IMG/VR virus record: IMGVR_UViG_3300021518_000005
Span: 19,228-83,227 of that record
Length of the DNA: 64,000 nucleotides
Direction: 5' to 3' (one strand)
Origin: a virus
Positions 28,891-39,314 of the stretch are shown here, in pieces; position 1 is the first letter of the stretch, and each line of letters opens with the position of its first letter. The notes under the pieces are model-generated. The model worked only from the letters and a program-made list of their open reading frames with translations. It was not told the DNA's origin and did not search any database. Position numbers and translations under genes: made by a program.

Positions 28891-31599
28891 CTAGCACGCG
28901 GTATACTCACAGGCTGTACACTTTGTACAGCCCTCCGATTTCATGAGACTAAATTGCTTGCGCGGGCATGGGCATAGCATCCCCGTAGCCTTGTGTGGCG
29001 TTTTAGCTACTGGTGTCTCTGCCTCGACTGCCCGATATGTGGTGCTGTACTCCGCTAGCACCTTGCCTATTGCATCCGGCACACTAGCTACCCGATTCAG
29101 CCCAAAACCAATGCTAGTACTTCCGCCGATTCCACGCAATTGCTCGCTAATCAAGTCAACACCAATGCCACAACGCAGCGCAAGCGACACGAGACGGCCT
29201 AGCGCCTCGGTGAAAGCACTCAAGTCACTTCCTGCTCTTCCGATAACTGCAAACGTCTCGACGGGCGCTCCATCCATCTCTGTCACAAACAGATGGAGAT
29301 CACCTAATGGTGTTCTTACGCGATGCGCGGTCGCTGGTAGCTCATCAGGCACATCAATCGGCCATGACCGTAGCTCCTGTACCTCGACAATTTCCGGCCA
29401 TTCTGCTGATTCAGTACTGCTTGTTGTGTTGCCTGTTGATAACACCTGCCCTGAGCGTGAGCCGTCTCGATAGACCGTAATACCCTTACATCCGAGCCGA
29501 TATGCTAGCTCGTATGCCTGTACAACATCCTCAATGGTAGCTGATTGCGGCGCGTTAATTGTTTTACTGATGGCACTATCAACATGGCGCTGAAATGCGG
29601 CCTGCATGCGTACATGCCACGACGGATCAATCTCGTTTGCTGTTCGGAATAGGCGTTGCACGGCTGCCGGAATTTCAGGATGTTGAATACTTCCCGTGGC
29701 TGCAATGCGCTCCATTAACTCATCAGTGTACCATCCCTCCCGTTGAGCGCGTGCCACAAAATCAGCATGCACATCAGGAAGCTGCATACCGGCCTGGTTA
29801 CGCATAAACGCCACGGCAAATAATGGTTCGACACCACCTGAGCAGCCAGCAATGATACTGATACTGCCAGTCGGTGCAACAGTCGTCACATTACAATGCC
29901 GCATCTCGATATGTGGGTGAATGCGCCGCCCTTGACTATCTCTTGCACATGTCTCATCCGGCCCCCAGGTGCTTTCGATCCATTCAGGAAACACGTTGCG
30001 TTCATCGGCAAGATCGCTACTGGCGGCATGTGCTATAGTCTGAATACGACTCATCACATAATCAGCAAGTTCAAGCGCATCCTCACTATCATACGGAATA
30101 TTGAGTTTAATCAAGGCGTCGGCCCAACCCATCACACCAAGGCCAATGCGCCGAATGCTCTGTGCCAAACTTGTAATAGCTGGCAGTGGATAGGTATTTG
30201 CGTCAATGACATTATCGAGGAAGCGAACGGCAATACGTACTGTATCCTCCAATCCTGTCACGTCTATCGAGCGCGTATCCTCGTCAACAAATGCACTGAT
30301 ATTGATACTGCCAAGATTACATACATCATTTGCAAGAAGCGCTTGCTCACCGCAATTATGTACCAAAAACCCTGTCACCAAGGAGCCATTATGGGCTTTC
30401 TTGTCACATATAAAGAAATTATGCGCCTCCTCCACAGTGCCATCATAAACATCGGCGCAACCATCAGGAATGACCGACATAACAACATGGTTGCTATTGC
30501 ATTGCTCAATAAAAGATCTTTCACTGCCAAATAAACGCGCTAAAACCTTACGACCGGGCAGGTTTTCTTTACGTGCGTGCGCAAGCCATTCGGTTAATGT
30601 AATAGGCCGACCAAGAACATTTGATAGTTTCACGCCCTGATGTAGTACATCATCGGCCTGAACATCCTTGTATTGGCTATTCATTGCACCTAACGCATGA
30701 AACTGCTTGTGTTCCTTGCTTCCCATAACCGTCAAATTATCCAGTCTGTTGTCTGTAAAGTCACCATTGACGTGATGAACAACCTGATCAATTGATAGAG
30801 TTTCCCCTGTAACGTACTCCATGAGTAAACGATAATGGGGACGGAACACGCTCAAGCCATTGCGCACCATCATATCTCCACGACGTGCGCCTTGCTTAAT
30901 GAAATGAGGGTAGAGTCGATCACCAACGCAAAGATCACTCGCCTTCTTCCATGTACCATCACGCAACATAAACAAATGATCGGGCGTACATTGTACAAAA
31001 TCTAAATCACGACCAACAGTAGTGCCTCCGCGTTTGTCATACGTTACACGTACAAGTGGCTTGTTTTTGCCTGTTTTGTGAATATTGTACATGCGTCGAA
31101 CAACAGTTTTGTCGTTCAACAGACAGTACACCAAAGGTTCTGTGCCAACAAGATCAACAAATGGCTTTGGCCCTTCCACAGTTGAAACAAGTGTGTCGCC
31201 CGTAAAGCAAGGATTACACGCCTCGTAACGTCCGAGATGCGGCACGGGATTGTAGTAGTTTACTCTATCAATAAAGAATAATCCTGGTTCACCCGTTTCC
31301 CATGCACATTGTGCAATAAGACTAAATACAAGACGCGCTTGAATGATAGCAGGATAGCCCGCTTGAACCAAGACATCACCTGTAAGTGGATGAGTCATTG
31401 TCTCGTTTGGTACATGCACATCGCCTGTACGCGGATTCATTAGCATGTACGGCGCATCATCATATACGGCCTGCATAAAATCATCAGTGATAGCCACTGA
31501 AATGTTGAAATTCGTCAGCTTTGTTGTGTCGCGCTTGCATGTGATAAACCTCAGAATATCAGGATGTGTACAATGCAGGATCGCCATGTTCGCCCCACG
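28891..31599 (-). CDS. nrdJ: class II (B12) ribonucleotide reductase, exon 2, containing an intein
   Basis: RGANM, GEPG, NP(intein)CGEQ, CNLGS, IGLGVMG, APTGS, ISKTIN, ITVYRDGSR, C-terminal TSCPD-like domain with terminal Cys. Confidence 0.93.
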   Translation of the reverse strand, partial: RGANMAILHCTHPDILRFITCKRDTTKLTNFNISVAITDDFMQAVYDDAPYMLMNPRTGDVHVPNETMTHPLTGDVLVQAGYPAIIQARLVFSLIAQCAWETGEPGLFFIDRVNYYNPVPHLGRYEACNPCFTGDTLVSTVEGPKPFVDLVGTEPLVYCLLNDKTVVRRMYNIHKTGKNKPLVRVTYDKRGGTTVGRDLDFVQCTPDHLFMLRDGTWKKASDLCVGDRLYPHFIKQGARRGDMMVRNGLSVFRPHYRLLMEYVTGETLSIDQVVHHVNGDFTDNRLDNLTVMGSKEHKQFHALGAMNSQYKDVQADDVLHQGVKLSNVLGRPITLTEWLAHARKENLPGRKVLARLFGSERSFIEQCNSNHVVMSVIPDGCADVYDGTVEEAHNFFICDKKAHNGSLVTGFLVHNCGEQALLANDVCNLGSINISAFVDEDTRSIDVTGLEDTVRIAVRFLDNVIDANTYPLPAITSLAQSIRRIGLGVMGWADALIKLNIPYDSEDALELADYVMSRIQTIAHAASSDLADERNVFPEWIESTWGPDETCARDSQGRRIHPHIEMRHCNVTTVAPTGSISIIAGCSGGVEPLFAVAFMRNQAGMQLPDVHADFVARAQREGWYTDELMERIAATGSIQHPEIPAAVQRLFRTANEIDPSWHVRMQAAFQRHVDSAISKTINAPQSATIEDVVQAYELAYRLGCKGITVYRDGSRSGQVLSTGNTTSSTESAEWPEIVEVQELRSWPIDVPDELPATAHRVRTPLGDLHLFVTEMDGAPVETFAVIGRAGSDLSAFTEALGRLVSLALRCGIGVDLISEQLRGIGGSTSIGFGLNRVASVPDAIGKVLAEYSTTYRAVEAETPVAKTPHKATGMLCPCPRKQFSLMKSEGCTKCTACEYTAC
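30355..31209 (-). mobile_element. intein (285 aa) with HNH-type endonuclease
   Basis: begins CFTGDTLV, block B CTPDH, HHVNG...DN..DNL, ends VHN followed by Cys. Confidence 0.92.
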
Positions 31600-31679
31600 C
31601 ATATGTGTTACACTGCATAAGCAGGACTAGATCATTTCTGTCTAGTTCTTGCGTTTTCACGCAAGATCGGATCATATCA

Positions 31680-32600
31680 TCAGGTTACACTAGTAAATTT
31701 TGCCCTTTTGCGCTCTAAGTGTATACTTGAACACCTATACATCATTGAACCAATTGCGTCGATAGTCTTGGGATTGGAAAATTCTATTAGGCTGGTACCC
31801 TTTTTGGGTTGGATACCACCCCGTAACACCAGAATGCCCTGCTCTGTCAGGAATTGGGCTAAACCACTTACAAATGGTTGACCACATGTAAAGGATAGTT
31901 TACATTTCTGATATGGCCCATATGTTTTATCTCTAACAGTATGAAAGCGCTTGTATATCGACAAACACCCATCGGCATCAAAAACACCCCGAATATAAGC
32001 CCAAGAAAGTATATGATCTGAAAATGCAATAAATGGTTCATTGCCGGATTTACGACCGCATGGCATGCCAGCACTGATTAAGTCGTTGCAAATTTGCGTA
32101 TTATTTACGCTTAATCTCCACTTTGCTTGCTCTGTGGGATGGCCTAATGAAGACACAACAAGTCGCACCGCATCTGAATCCCCCAAGCATGTGGCAATGC
32201 GCTGAAGATGAGGCGCATCAACATCGGCCACTTGCAAAGACAGCCGTTTGGAAGTTTTTCGATCTGTTATATGCCCATCGGCTGTAAGAAAACCCAAAAG
32301 ATAGGCTTGTTCGTCATTGGTAATGTCGTGGAAATAGTGCGTATTAAATGTTCTGACAACCGATTTTAATCTACCCGCAATGCTTGGTTGTCGTCTAGGT
32401 AGGCCATACAGTTCCATGTATGATACCACTGTATTGCGTCCTACGCCATAAAAACGGGCTATATCCACCGTAGACCACTGTTCAATGATATATAGTTGTT
32501 CAAGTACATCTCGCGTAAGCACATGAGCCAATTTTCGTGCAATCCCGTCGCGTGCCAACTGACCTTGAATATTGTCAGCCCCTACTTTCAACTGTTTCAT
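31680..32600 (-). CDS. intron-encoded double-motif LAGLIDADG homing endonuclease
   Basis: AYLLGFLTADG and YIRGVFDADG; lies between the R and S elements. Confidence 0.9.
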   Translation of the reverse strand: MKQLKVGADNIQGQLARDGIARKLAHVLTRDVLEQLYIIEQWSTVDIARFYGVGRNTVVSYMELYGLPRRQPSIAGRLKSVVRTFNTHYFHDITNDEQAYLLGFLTADGHITDRKTSKRLSLQVADVDAPHLQRIATCLGDSDAVRLVVSSLGHPTEQAKWRLSVNNTQICNDLISAGMPCGRKSGNEPFIAFSDHILSWAYIRGVFDADGCLSIYKRFHTVRDKTYGPYQKCKLSFTCGQPFVSGLAQFLTEQGILVLRGGIQPKKGTSLIEFSNPKTIDAIGSMMYRCSSIHLERKRAKFTSVT

Positions 32601-32627
32601 ATCCCCCCTTTACGGTTTGTATTTTGT

Positions 32628-32656
32628 ATTATACCGTATCGGTAAGAAATGATCAA
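32628..32656 (-). promoter_or_regulatory. promoter/operator copy 10, inside the intron
   Basis: TTGATC-17-TATAAT; TTATACC-GTATC-GGTAAGA. Confidence 0.75.
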
Positions 32657-32831
32657 GTTGATTTTGGTGATCTCTGAACGTTTTACCGTGTCACCACGGC
32701 AACTTCGCTGCTGATTGTCCAATCCCCATATTTTTCAAACAATCACGCTTGCCATTACTAGCTACGTTGTTGCAATGAGGCTCTAAGGATGTTCCAGCAA
32801 TTCACGCGATTTATCGTGCGCCAGTAGGTTA

Positions 32832-33326
32832 ACGCACTCCGCCTTGTTTCACCGCTTCTGTTGCGGCATTAAACACTTCCAGGAAGCTTATCGGCCCTGA
32901 TGCAACTCCACCTGTTGAGCCAACAGGATCACCGGCAGGACGCAACTTGCTGAAACTGTAGCCAACACCCCCGCCCGATTTGTGAATAAGTGCAGCGTTT
33001 TTCATGGTCTCGAAAATACCAGACATATCATCAGGAATATCCAACACATAGCAGGCGCTCATCTGAACCCCTGGCTTGCCTGCATTTGTCAGTGTTGGGC
33101 TGTTGGGCAGAAACTTGCGCGTTGCCATGATCTCGTAAAATGTGTTACGCCAGCGTAGTTTGTCTTGCTCACTTGCGCCATATACATCACGTTCAACATC
33201 ACTTATTGCTGTAGCTACCCGTGCTAGCATATCCTCTGGCGTTTCCTGCGTGCCATCTTCATGCTTCCACAGATAGCGCTTTGCCAAAATCTGCTCTGCG
33301 ACATCCGTTAGTTCGATTCGTTGCAC
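32832..33326 (-). CDS. nrdJ: class II ribonucleotide reductase, exon 1
   Basis: ILAKRYL, FLPNSPTLTNAG, SACYVL, KSGGGVG, GPISF..., QGGVR. Confidence 0.92.
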
Positions 33327-33513
33327 ACGTTCCCCCACTGTTCTTGTTTCATGCGCGCCCGATGGCGCTGGTACCACTTGCGGCGTTCTTCTCGATGTGA
33401 CTCGTAATAGCGTTTGTTTTTACATTGCGTGTATGCCGATGTACCTGCTAGTGCGCCACATCCGCATACGCACAGACGGCGTTTATTCTTGATAGGTCTT
33501 CCCGTCGAATAGC

Positions 33514-34035
33514 TTAGATAAGATCCCACACTTCCAGAAGAGTCGCATGTTTCCATGGTAAATCCTTCTGCTTTTCTAGCTTCACCAACCATTCTAATTG
33601 CTCCGTATTATCATTCCAACACAACTTTGCTCGTTGACACGCATCTTTTGCTACTTTGTCAAATGCATCAGCATCATGCTTGCGCGTTCCTTTCCCGTAC
33701 AATACCGTCATCGAGATGCGGCGCTTTTGCGGTGCTGCTAGTGGTTTATATGCTATTTCAGTGCCGTAGACCTTAATCAGTACCTCCATATTTCGCTTAC
33801 CTTCCTCACAGATGTATCGTGCGCCCTGACTGCCAACCCACTCATTTGCTGCCAATGGCCGAAAATCAGGAATAAAGATACGCTGATAGGAATTTGGTAC
33901 ACACTGCAAGGACGTTGCATATTCTACGATAGTAGTAACATGTTGCGGCTGAAACAGCGCGTCAAGTACCGCATTTGGTGTCAATGCCGGTATCGACTGT
34001 AGAATACGCTCTAATTGTGTGCGATGTGTATGCAT
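33514..34035 (-). CDS. RusA-like Holliday junction resolvase
   Basis: D.DA..K...DA and WND motifs. Confidence 0.55.
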   Translation of the reverse strand: MHTHRTQLERILQSIPALTPNAVLDALFQPQHVTTIVEYATSLQCVPNSYQRIFIPDFRPLAANEWVGSQGARYICEEGKRNMEVLIKVYGTEIAYKPLAAPQKRRISMTVLYGKGTRKHDADAFDKVAKDACQRAKLCWNDNTEQLEWLVKLEKQKDLPWKHATLLEVWDLI

Positions 34036-34337
34036 TACTCATTTTCACGACGAAGGCAAACAAGGATAAGCGCATACGCAGCAAGATCCATGAGCGTATC
34101 GTCAATACTTTCCCCAACTTGCTCATTACGCGGATTCTTCCAGAGATTTGTTAGTCGCGCCCATTTATCAGACATGCGCGTAAGTACACCTGCTTGAGCA
34201 GAAACACCAAAGACCTCGCAGTTGCGGAAATTTGCCCACGAATCGGGATTATCACCGCTGTAACCTGCATTTTTGCGCTGATGCAGATCGGCCATATCCT
34301 CTAGGAGCTTCAAATACTCAGTTGAGACCATAACCAT
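34035..34337 (-). CDS. DUF1599 / nucleotide-modification-associated protein
   Basis: KNAGY...ANF...R..DK..R...ESI.DTL.DLA.YA. Confidence 0.75.
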   Translation of the reverse strand: MVMVSTEYLKLLEDMADLHQRKNAGYSGDNPDSWANFRNCEVFGVSAQAGVLTRMSDKWARLTNLWKNPRNEQVGESIDDTLMDLAAYALILVCLRRENE

Positions 34338-34547
34338 CCTCTTGATCGATACCGTATTTACGCACAATACTAAAAACGACCGGCGCAATGTAGTCGAGTT
34401 GAAACGTAAGAATACCAATTGCTAATGGTGGACATATAGTACGAAACATATGCGCTAGGCCATGACCGATACGAAGAACAAGCCCACAACCCTGTAATAG
34501 CATGGAATCAGAGACAATACGTACAATCTGGATGTGTTTACACATAC

Positions 34548-34997
34548 CTACTCGCTCTCCAATCGAATACTTGCGCTTGGCTGATTACCTATCCCGTCAA
34601 TGGTGCCAGCTTTGCGTAAATACTTCTTCACTCGTGTTGTGTTGATCTTGAGATCAACTAACAGTTGCCCATCAATAGCATACCCGTCTTGAATTAACTG
34701 TAACGCCAGATCAATGTACTCCCGTGTCCCCTCATCTGGCAATACAAGCTCACCGACACGATCCTCGACAAGTGTTACACCACCAAAAGCTTTAACACCA
34801 CCTGCCTGCATGTCTTGTGTAAGTGTTGCACGCAAGGCGCGTTCTTCCGCCTTTAACTCATTGACTCGTGCTTTATACGGTGCTATTTCTTCCTCTACAT
34901 CAGCTTTGATGTGTTTGATGTATTGCTCACTGTCCTTAATCGTTTTTACAACATCGCGCAAGCGTGCTACCTTTTGATGGAACACAAACTCACTCAT
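34548..34997 (-). CDS. coiled-coil phage protein (Gam/Gp157-like)
   Basis: N-terminal coiled coil, K.N...VKK.L...IDG tail. Confidence 0.45.
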   Translation of the reverse strand: MSEFVFHQKVARLRDVVKTIKDSEQYIKHIKADVEEEIAPYKARVNELKAEERALRATLTQDMQAGGVKAFGGVTLVEDRVGELVLPDEGTREYIDLALQLIQDGYAIDGQLLVDLKINTTRVKKYLRKAGTIDGIGNQPSASIRLESE

Positions 34998-35213
34998 CGG
35001 TTTTAACCTGGAACTTTAATGCCTTATCGCCATAGAATACATCGTTTGCAAGCGCGGGCAGCTTCCAATTTCCTTGATGCTTCACGGGACGGCATGGTGC
35101 AGGACGCCCATGCACTTGCTCGAAAAATGCCATGACTTCTTCTGCTGAATACTCTCGCTTTGTCGTTACATACGTGTGACAATAACTTTGCACCCATGCC
35201 GGTGTGTCTTCCA

Positions 35214-36008
35214 TTATGCAACCATCTCCTGTAGCATACGTTGACGCATCATGTCAACGTATTCCATATTACTATCCCCGAGAAACATAGATCCATGCAG
35301 CCCTGGCACGCGCCATGCTGCTACACCCGTCGAACCAGAACCCGCAAACGGATCAACAATAAGCACACTCGTTTCTTTTGGTGTATACGCATCAATCAAA
35401 ATTTGCAATAAGCTAATCGGCTTTCTACTTGGATGTTTCCATGTGGCACCGACCCATGTTTCAGCCGGTAGCACGAAATAGTCACGAAGGTTCTTCAACG
35501 GCTCGCCTGTTACACCGATAAGTGGGTACCGTTCAGCGACTGTTTTATCGTAGTAACTCGATTGCTTCTTGCTACCACGAATAACTAGCACGCTCTCTGT
35601 TGAAGCCGTGAATTGTGTTCCTGCCATGTTGGGATATGGATTGCTCTTGCACCAGTGCAGCGCCTGCACACACCACATGCCAAGCTCATCTACAGCCCGT
35701 CGAATATGGTGCAGATTATGGATAAATGTCCCGAATACAAGAAGGTTGCCCCTCGTGGCAAGTACGCGCTGCGCTTCACGCATCCAATCCAGCGTGAATG
35801 CATAATAATCAGGAATAACATCCCATGCAGCGCGGAAATTCTGCCAATTCTTTGCCTTCATGACCTCACTGAATGTATATTGCGCTGTTCTATCACCGTC
35901 GCCAATACCATACGGCGGATCGGTAATAATCAGATCAACACTTGTATCGACAAGACCGCGCAACAGATCGTCAGCTGTCGTACACTGAATATTACAAGCC
36001 AAACTCAT
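35214..36008 (-). CDS. N4/N6 DNA methyltransferase (beta class)
   Basis: TDPPY, HPSRKP, DPFAGSGST. Confidence 0.92.
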   Translation of the reverse strand: MSLACNIQCTTADDLLRGLVDTSVDLIITDPPYGIGDGDRTAQYTFSEVMKAKNWQNFRAAWDVIPDYYAFTLDWMREAQRVLATRGNLLVFGTFIHNLHHIRRAVDELGMWCVQALHWCKSNPYPNMAGTQFTASTESVLVIRGSKKQSSYYDKTVAERYPLIGVTGEPLKNLRDYFVLPAETWVGATWKHPSRKPISLLQILIDAYTPKETSVLIVDPFAGSGSTGVAAWRVPGLHGSMFLGDSNMEYVDMMRQRMLQEMVA

Positions 36009-36618
36009 GACGCACCTGCTCAGGAAGAATAAAACGTTGATCTTCTGGAATGGCTTGCACCATCAGGCCAGCAACATGACGAATCTCAAAATGGGCATGA
36101 CTTTCGGTGCGTAGCGCAGCAAAGTTAGCAAACGACCGCGCATTCATATGTACCACTGCGTTTGTTCGCCACGACTCAGGAAGCAGATACTTTATTTCAT
36201 CTTGCTTATACGACTGCTCTAGCAATTCATGCGCATGCGCCATAAAAGATACTGCCGTTTGATATACATACGCGGCAAGGGCATCATCGACAGTTCCATT
36301 GCGCATAGGTGTCACAAAGAACTCGTGAAGGTCTGCACCTTCCTGATGCTTCTGTAGTGCCTTGCGCAGTGTGTAGCGCGTGCTCTCAACTGAATAACTC
36401 GCGATGCGATGCCGTGTCATTTCCATCAAACACAGACGCGACATACCCCGAATGTCAAACCAGTACCCAAGAAACTCCGCCTCACTCGTATGCTTTTTGA
36501 CGGCAATAACCCGTTCAGCGCGCCCCTCAACTGGTTCGTGCTGATATGGCTTGGAGACAGCACGCTCGACAACCCATGTGGGCGTGTGATGAAACAATTC
36601 GACTTCAATGTGCTGCAT
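35992..36618 (-). CDS. thyX: flavin-dependent thymidylate synthase
   Basis: RHRIASYSVESTRY signature, N.R, R....AH.EIR. Confidence 0.92.
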   Translation of the reverse strand: MQHIEVELFHHTPTWVVERAVSKPYQHEPVEGRAERVIAVKKHTSEAEFLGYWFDIRGMSRLCLMEMTRHRIASYSVESTRYTLRKALQKHQEGADLHEFFVTPMRNGTVDDALAAYVYQTAVSFMAHAHELLEQSYKQDEIKYLLPESWRTNAVVHMNARSFANFAALRTESHAHFEIRHVAGLMVQAIPEDQRFILPEQVRHEFGL

Positions 36619-37002
36619 ACAGGATATTTCCACTCATCAATTCAATAAACAGTGTCTTTACAGTCTTGCCCTGCTCTGCAATTGTCCTTTTTGCTGCTTT
36701 ATCGTGCGCTTGCTGGTACCGTTCCCGTAATGGTTGCTCGATAACAAGCCACAGCTCACAAATGACAGCACAATGATCGACAATGGCACGATAGAGTTTG
36801 TTCTGAGCTGATTCCTCGCTTGTTGCCTCCAACTCACGTACACGCTTACGGCGCTCGTTATCACGCCACGATATGATCTGTAATGCCTCCTGTAACTCAT
36901 CTGATAATACCGGATCTTTGGCTTTGTGTTGCCGTGACATCATCCCCACAGCCATAGTATACCACCTTTTCTTCGTATCGTCAATTGATATTATAGTATG
37001 GA

Positions 37003-38427
37003 CTAATATCCTTCAGCTGCTCGATACGTATTAACACGATAATCATAACGATTCGGGATAATCGGCAATGTCCAGGAACCAAGACGGCCACCCATGCGAT
37101 TTTTGAGTACCTGCCCGTGGATGGCCTTTTCCCATCCCTCTGGTACCGTGTCGTCATTACCGTCATGATGCCGTACTTCGGCTGTGCGCGGGTTGTACAA
37201 CACCGTTTGCAGTGCTGTAATACCCCATGCATCTTGCTCAAGATGTCCTGATCCGCGCAACATTTCCTTGGTGTACTGTAACGGCCCACCTCCCTCGGAT
37301 GTCGCATCCTTGCGACTACGATTTAACTGAAGATTGGCCCATATTGGCGTACCCGTGTCAGCAGCAATCTGCATACACCATTTTGATGCAGCACTCGGTA
37401 GTTCAAATTCCCCAACAATACGACGCCCGCGTTCATCATCTACCTTAGCAATATTAAGATGATCAATTACTAGAAGATCAATCTCTCCCTTGACACGCAA
37501 TTGTCGAACGTAGCTATAGACCTCGTTCAGGGTTCCAGCATCTTGGCCGGTAAGAAACCGAATATTGCCTATCCAGTCAGCAATCGACTCAAGTGCTGCC
37601 TTGACTGCTGCCGTCTCTGCTGCTGCAAGTGCAAAGTCTTCTGGCAGCATGCGTGCCATCACAAGTGATTTATAGTCAATGCCGGTAATGCGGGTGATCA
37701 GCATATCAAGAAGATCTGTGGCGGTCATCTCCCATCCAAGCCACAAAATCCTACCACCAGCCTTCGCAAACTCACACGCATACCACCAGGCAGCAACCGT
37801 TTTACCCGTAAATGGCGCAGCTGGAAAGAGATTGACAACACCCGGCAAAAATGGCGTTGCCGTAAACTCAGACCCACCGCTCCATACAAAGAGCTTCGGG
37901 TACCGATCCCATGGCCCGGCCTTGCCATACTGCGAAACAATATCCGATCCCGACAAACCAGGATCTTTGGAGACCACCGCAATACCAGCAATACGACTCA
38001 GGCCATCGCTAATAAGTGACTCAATAGAGCGCTCTGGTAACTGTACTTTCGCAATGAGGCTGTTGCAATGTTTTTGATATGATCGTCGCTGCGCGGCCTC
38101 AATAATACGATCTACGGCTGCCTGAATTTCGTGGACGGGAAGATTAAAGCATTGAAAATAGGGCTGTAGATCACTTCTCGGCACACTGAGATAATCACTC
38201 ATAGCGGCGGTTGACGCATATAGATACCGATTACCCTGACGAATCAGACCGGCGCGATAGATGCGCTCACTCAGGCTTTCACCGTCCTCGCTTGGTGCGA
38301 AACATCGAGCAATGGTATCGTTCAGGAACTGATCACGCTCATCATCAAACCTTGGACGCATCGCAACAGACGCAACAATCAACTCGGCTTCGGGCGCATA
38401 GAGAGGCGAAAGTATTTCGTTGCTCAT
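37003..38427 (-). CDS. DnaB-like replicative helicase
   Basis: APFTGKT, EM, IDHL, QLNR, LRGSGHLEQDA, KNRMG. Confidence 0.88.
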   Translation of the reverse strand: MSNEILSPLYAPEAELIVASVAMRPRFDDERDQFLNDTIARCFAPSEDGESLSERIYRAGLIRQGNRYLYASTAAMSDYLSVPRSDLQPYFQCFNLPVHEIQAAVDRIIEAAQRRSYQKHCNSLIAKVQLPERSIESLISDGLSRIAGIAVVSKDPGLSGSDIVSQYGKAGPWDRYPKLFVWSGGSEFTATPFLPGVVNLFPAAPFTGKTVAAWWYACEFAKAGGRILWLGWEMTATDLLDMLITRITGIDYKSLVMARMLPEDFALAAAETAAVKAALESIADWIGNIRFLTGQDAGTLNEVYSYVRQLRVKGEIDLLVIDHLNIAKVDDERGRRIVGEFELPSAASKWCMQIAADTGTPIWANLQLNRSRKDATSEGGGPLQYTKEMLRGSGHLEQDAWGITALQTVLYNPRTAEVRHHDGNDDTVPEGWEKAIHGQVLKNRMGGRLGSWTLPIIPNRYDYRVNTYRAAEGY

Positions 38428-38433
38428 AGCTGT

Positions 38434-38462
38434 ATCTTACCATATCGGTATACAACATGCAA
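38434..38462 (-). promoter_or_regulatory. promoter/operator copy 11 (helicase probably leaderless)
   Basis: TTGCAT-17-TAAGAT; ATG 6 nt after the -10 box. Confidence 0.75.
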
Positions 38463-38471
38463 AAAAAAGAG

Positions 38472-39314
38472 CTAGAACGTGATCCCGTATCCTGGTAGTG
38501 GATCACCATGCCGTCGCGTGTTCATTTTCCGATAGTGTGCTTCACGATCCCAAATGTATGGCTTATGTTCCTCTTGCTTTTTCTCAGACTCAACTGCGCC
38601 ATTCACGCGCCATCCACCAGCTTGATAGGCTTGAAGAAAATTATCAACATTGCCCGCGAAATATCCTTTGAGTGCTCCCTTTTTGACAATAGCCTTCCAC
38701 AACTCAATATCGGTCACTGTCTCCGTAATAGCCCTCCGTTGCGGCCCGCTCACCTTGTAATACTCGGTTTCATCATAAAACACCTGGACAGCAGGCGATA
38801 CATCCTCACGCGGCTTACGCACCTTTTTAGACTTAGACGGTTCTTGCGCCTTTGGTTCCGGCTGTGCGTCTAGCTCCATCTGCACATCAGGTGCTGGCTC
38901 AGGTTGTGGCGGATGAGATGGCGCATCCATCACCTCAAACCAAAGCGCCATGAACACATCCCAATTGATACGATAATGGTTTACGCGATGGCCGTTCTCA
39001 AGCATTCGAGCTTCGACTTCAACCCCTACCGCCTTGGCCTTCTCGATGCAGGCACGAACTTGCGACTCTGAAAGCTCCGTCGCTTCGGCCCATTGCTCAT
39101 GTGAGTTGTAAACCCAACCCTCTTTATTTTTTGTAACACCAGACCAGAAGATGAGCTGCCAGAGCCAGACCGCCGTATCGTAATCTGCTCGATAGACGGG
39201 CTTATCAGCGTTTCGTTGCTCAAGTGCCTTCAAAAAGCGTACAATAGGCCGTGGCACCGTGAGCGTATTACCCTGTCCACCTAGTTGCTGAAATAATCTC
39301 ACTGCCTGATTCAT
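38472..39314 (-). CDS. phage replication (replisome organizer-like) protein
   Basis: QLIFWS..GW.Y.SHEQW..E LSE..VR..., HYRINW; between primase and helicase. Confidence 0.7.
   Translation of the reverse strand: MNQAVRLFQQLGGQGNTLTVPRPIVRFLKALEQRNADKPVYRADYDTAVWLWQLIFWSGVTKNKEGWVYNSHEQWAEATELSESQVRACIEKAKAVGVEVEARMLENGHRVNHYRINWDVFMALWFEVMDAPSHPPQPEPAPDVQMELDAQPEPKAQEPSKSKKVRKPREDVSPAVQVFYDETEYYKVSGPQRRAITETVTDIELWKAIVKKGALKGYFAGNVDNFLQAYQAGGWRVNGAVESEKKQEEHKPYIWDREAHYRKMNTRRHGDPLPGYGITF

Larger units (their letters stand above)
31600..32831 (-). mobile_element. group I intron in nrdJ
   Basis: splits QGGVR|RGANM; exon ends in U, intron ends in G; P1 GTGCGT/GCGCAC; P AATTGCTGGAA, Q AATCAGCAG, R GTTCAGAGATCA, S ATGATATGATCCG. 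Confidence 0.92.

Noticed and set aside
31600-31602. ATG start of a separate 903-aa RNR gene, with the 182-aa ORF as a pseudogene fragment
   Set aside because: The G of this ATG is the intron's terminal G; the two ORFs are exons of one gene
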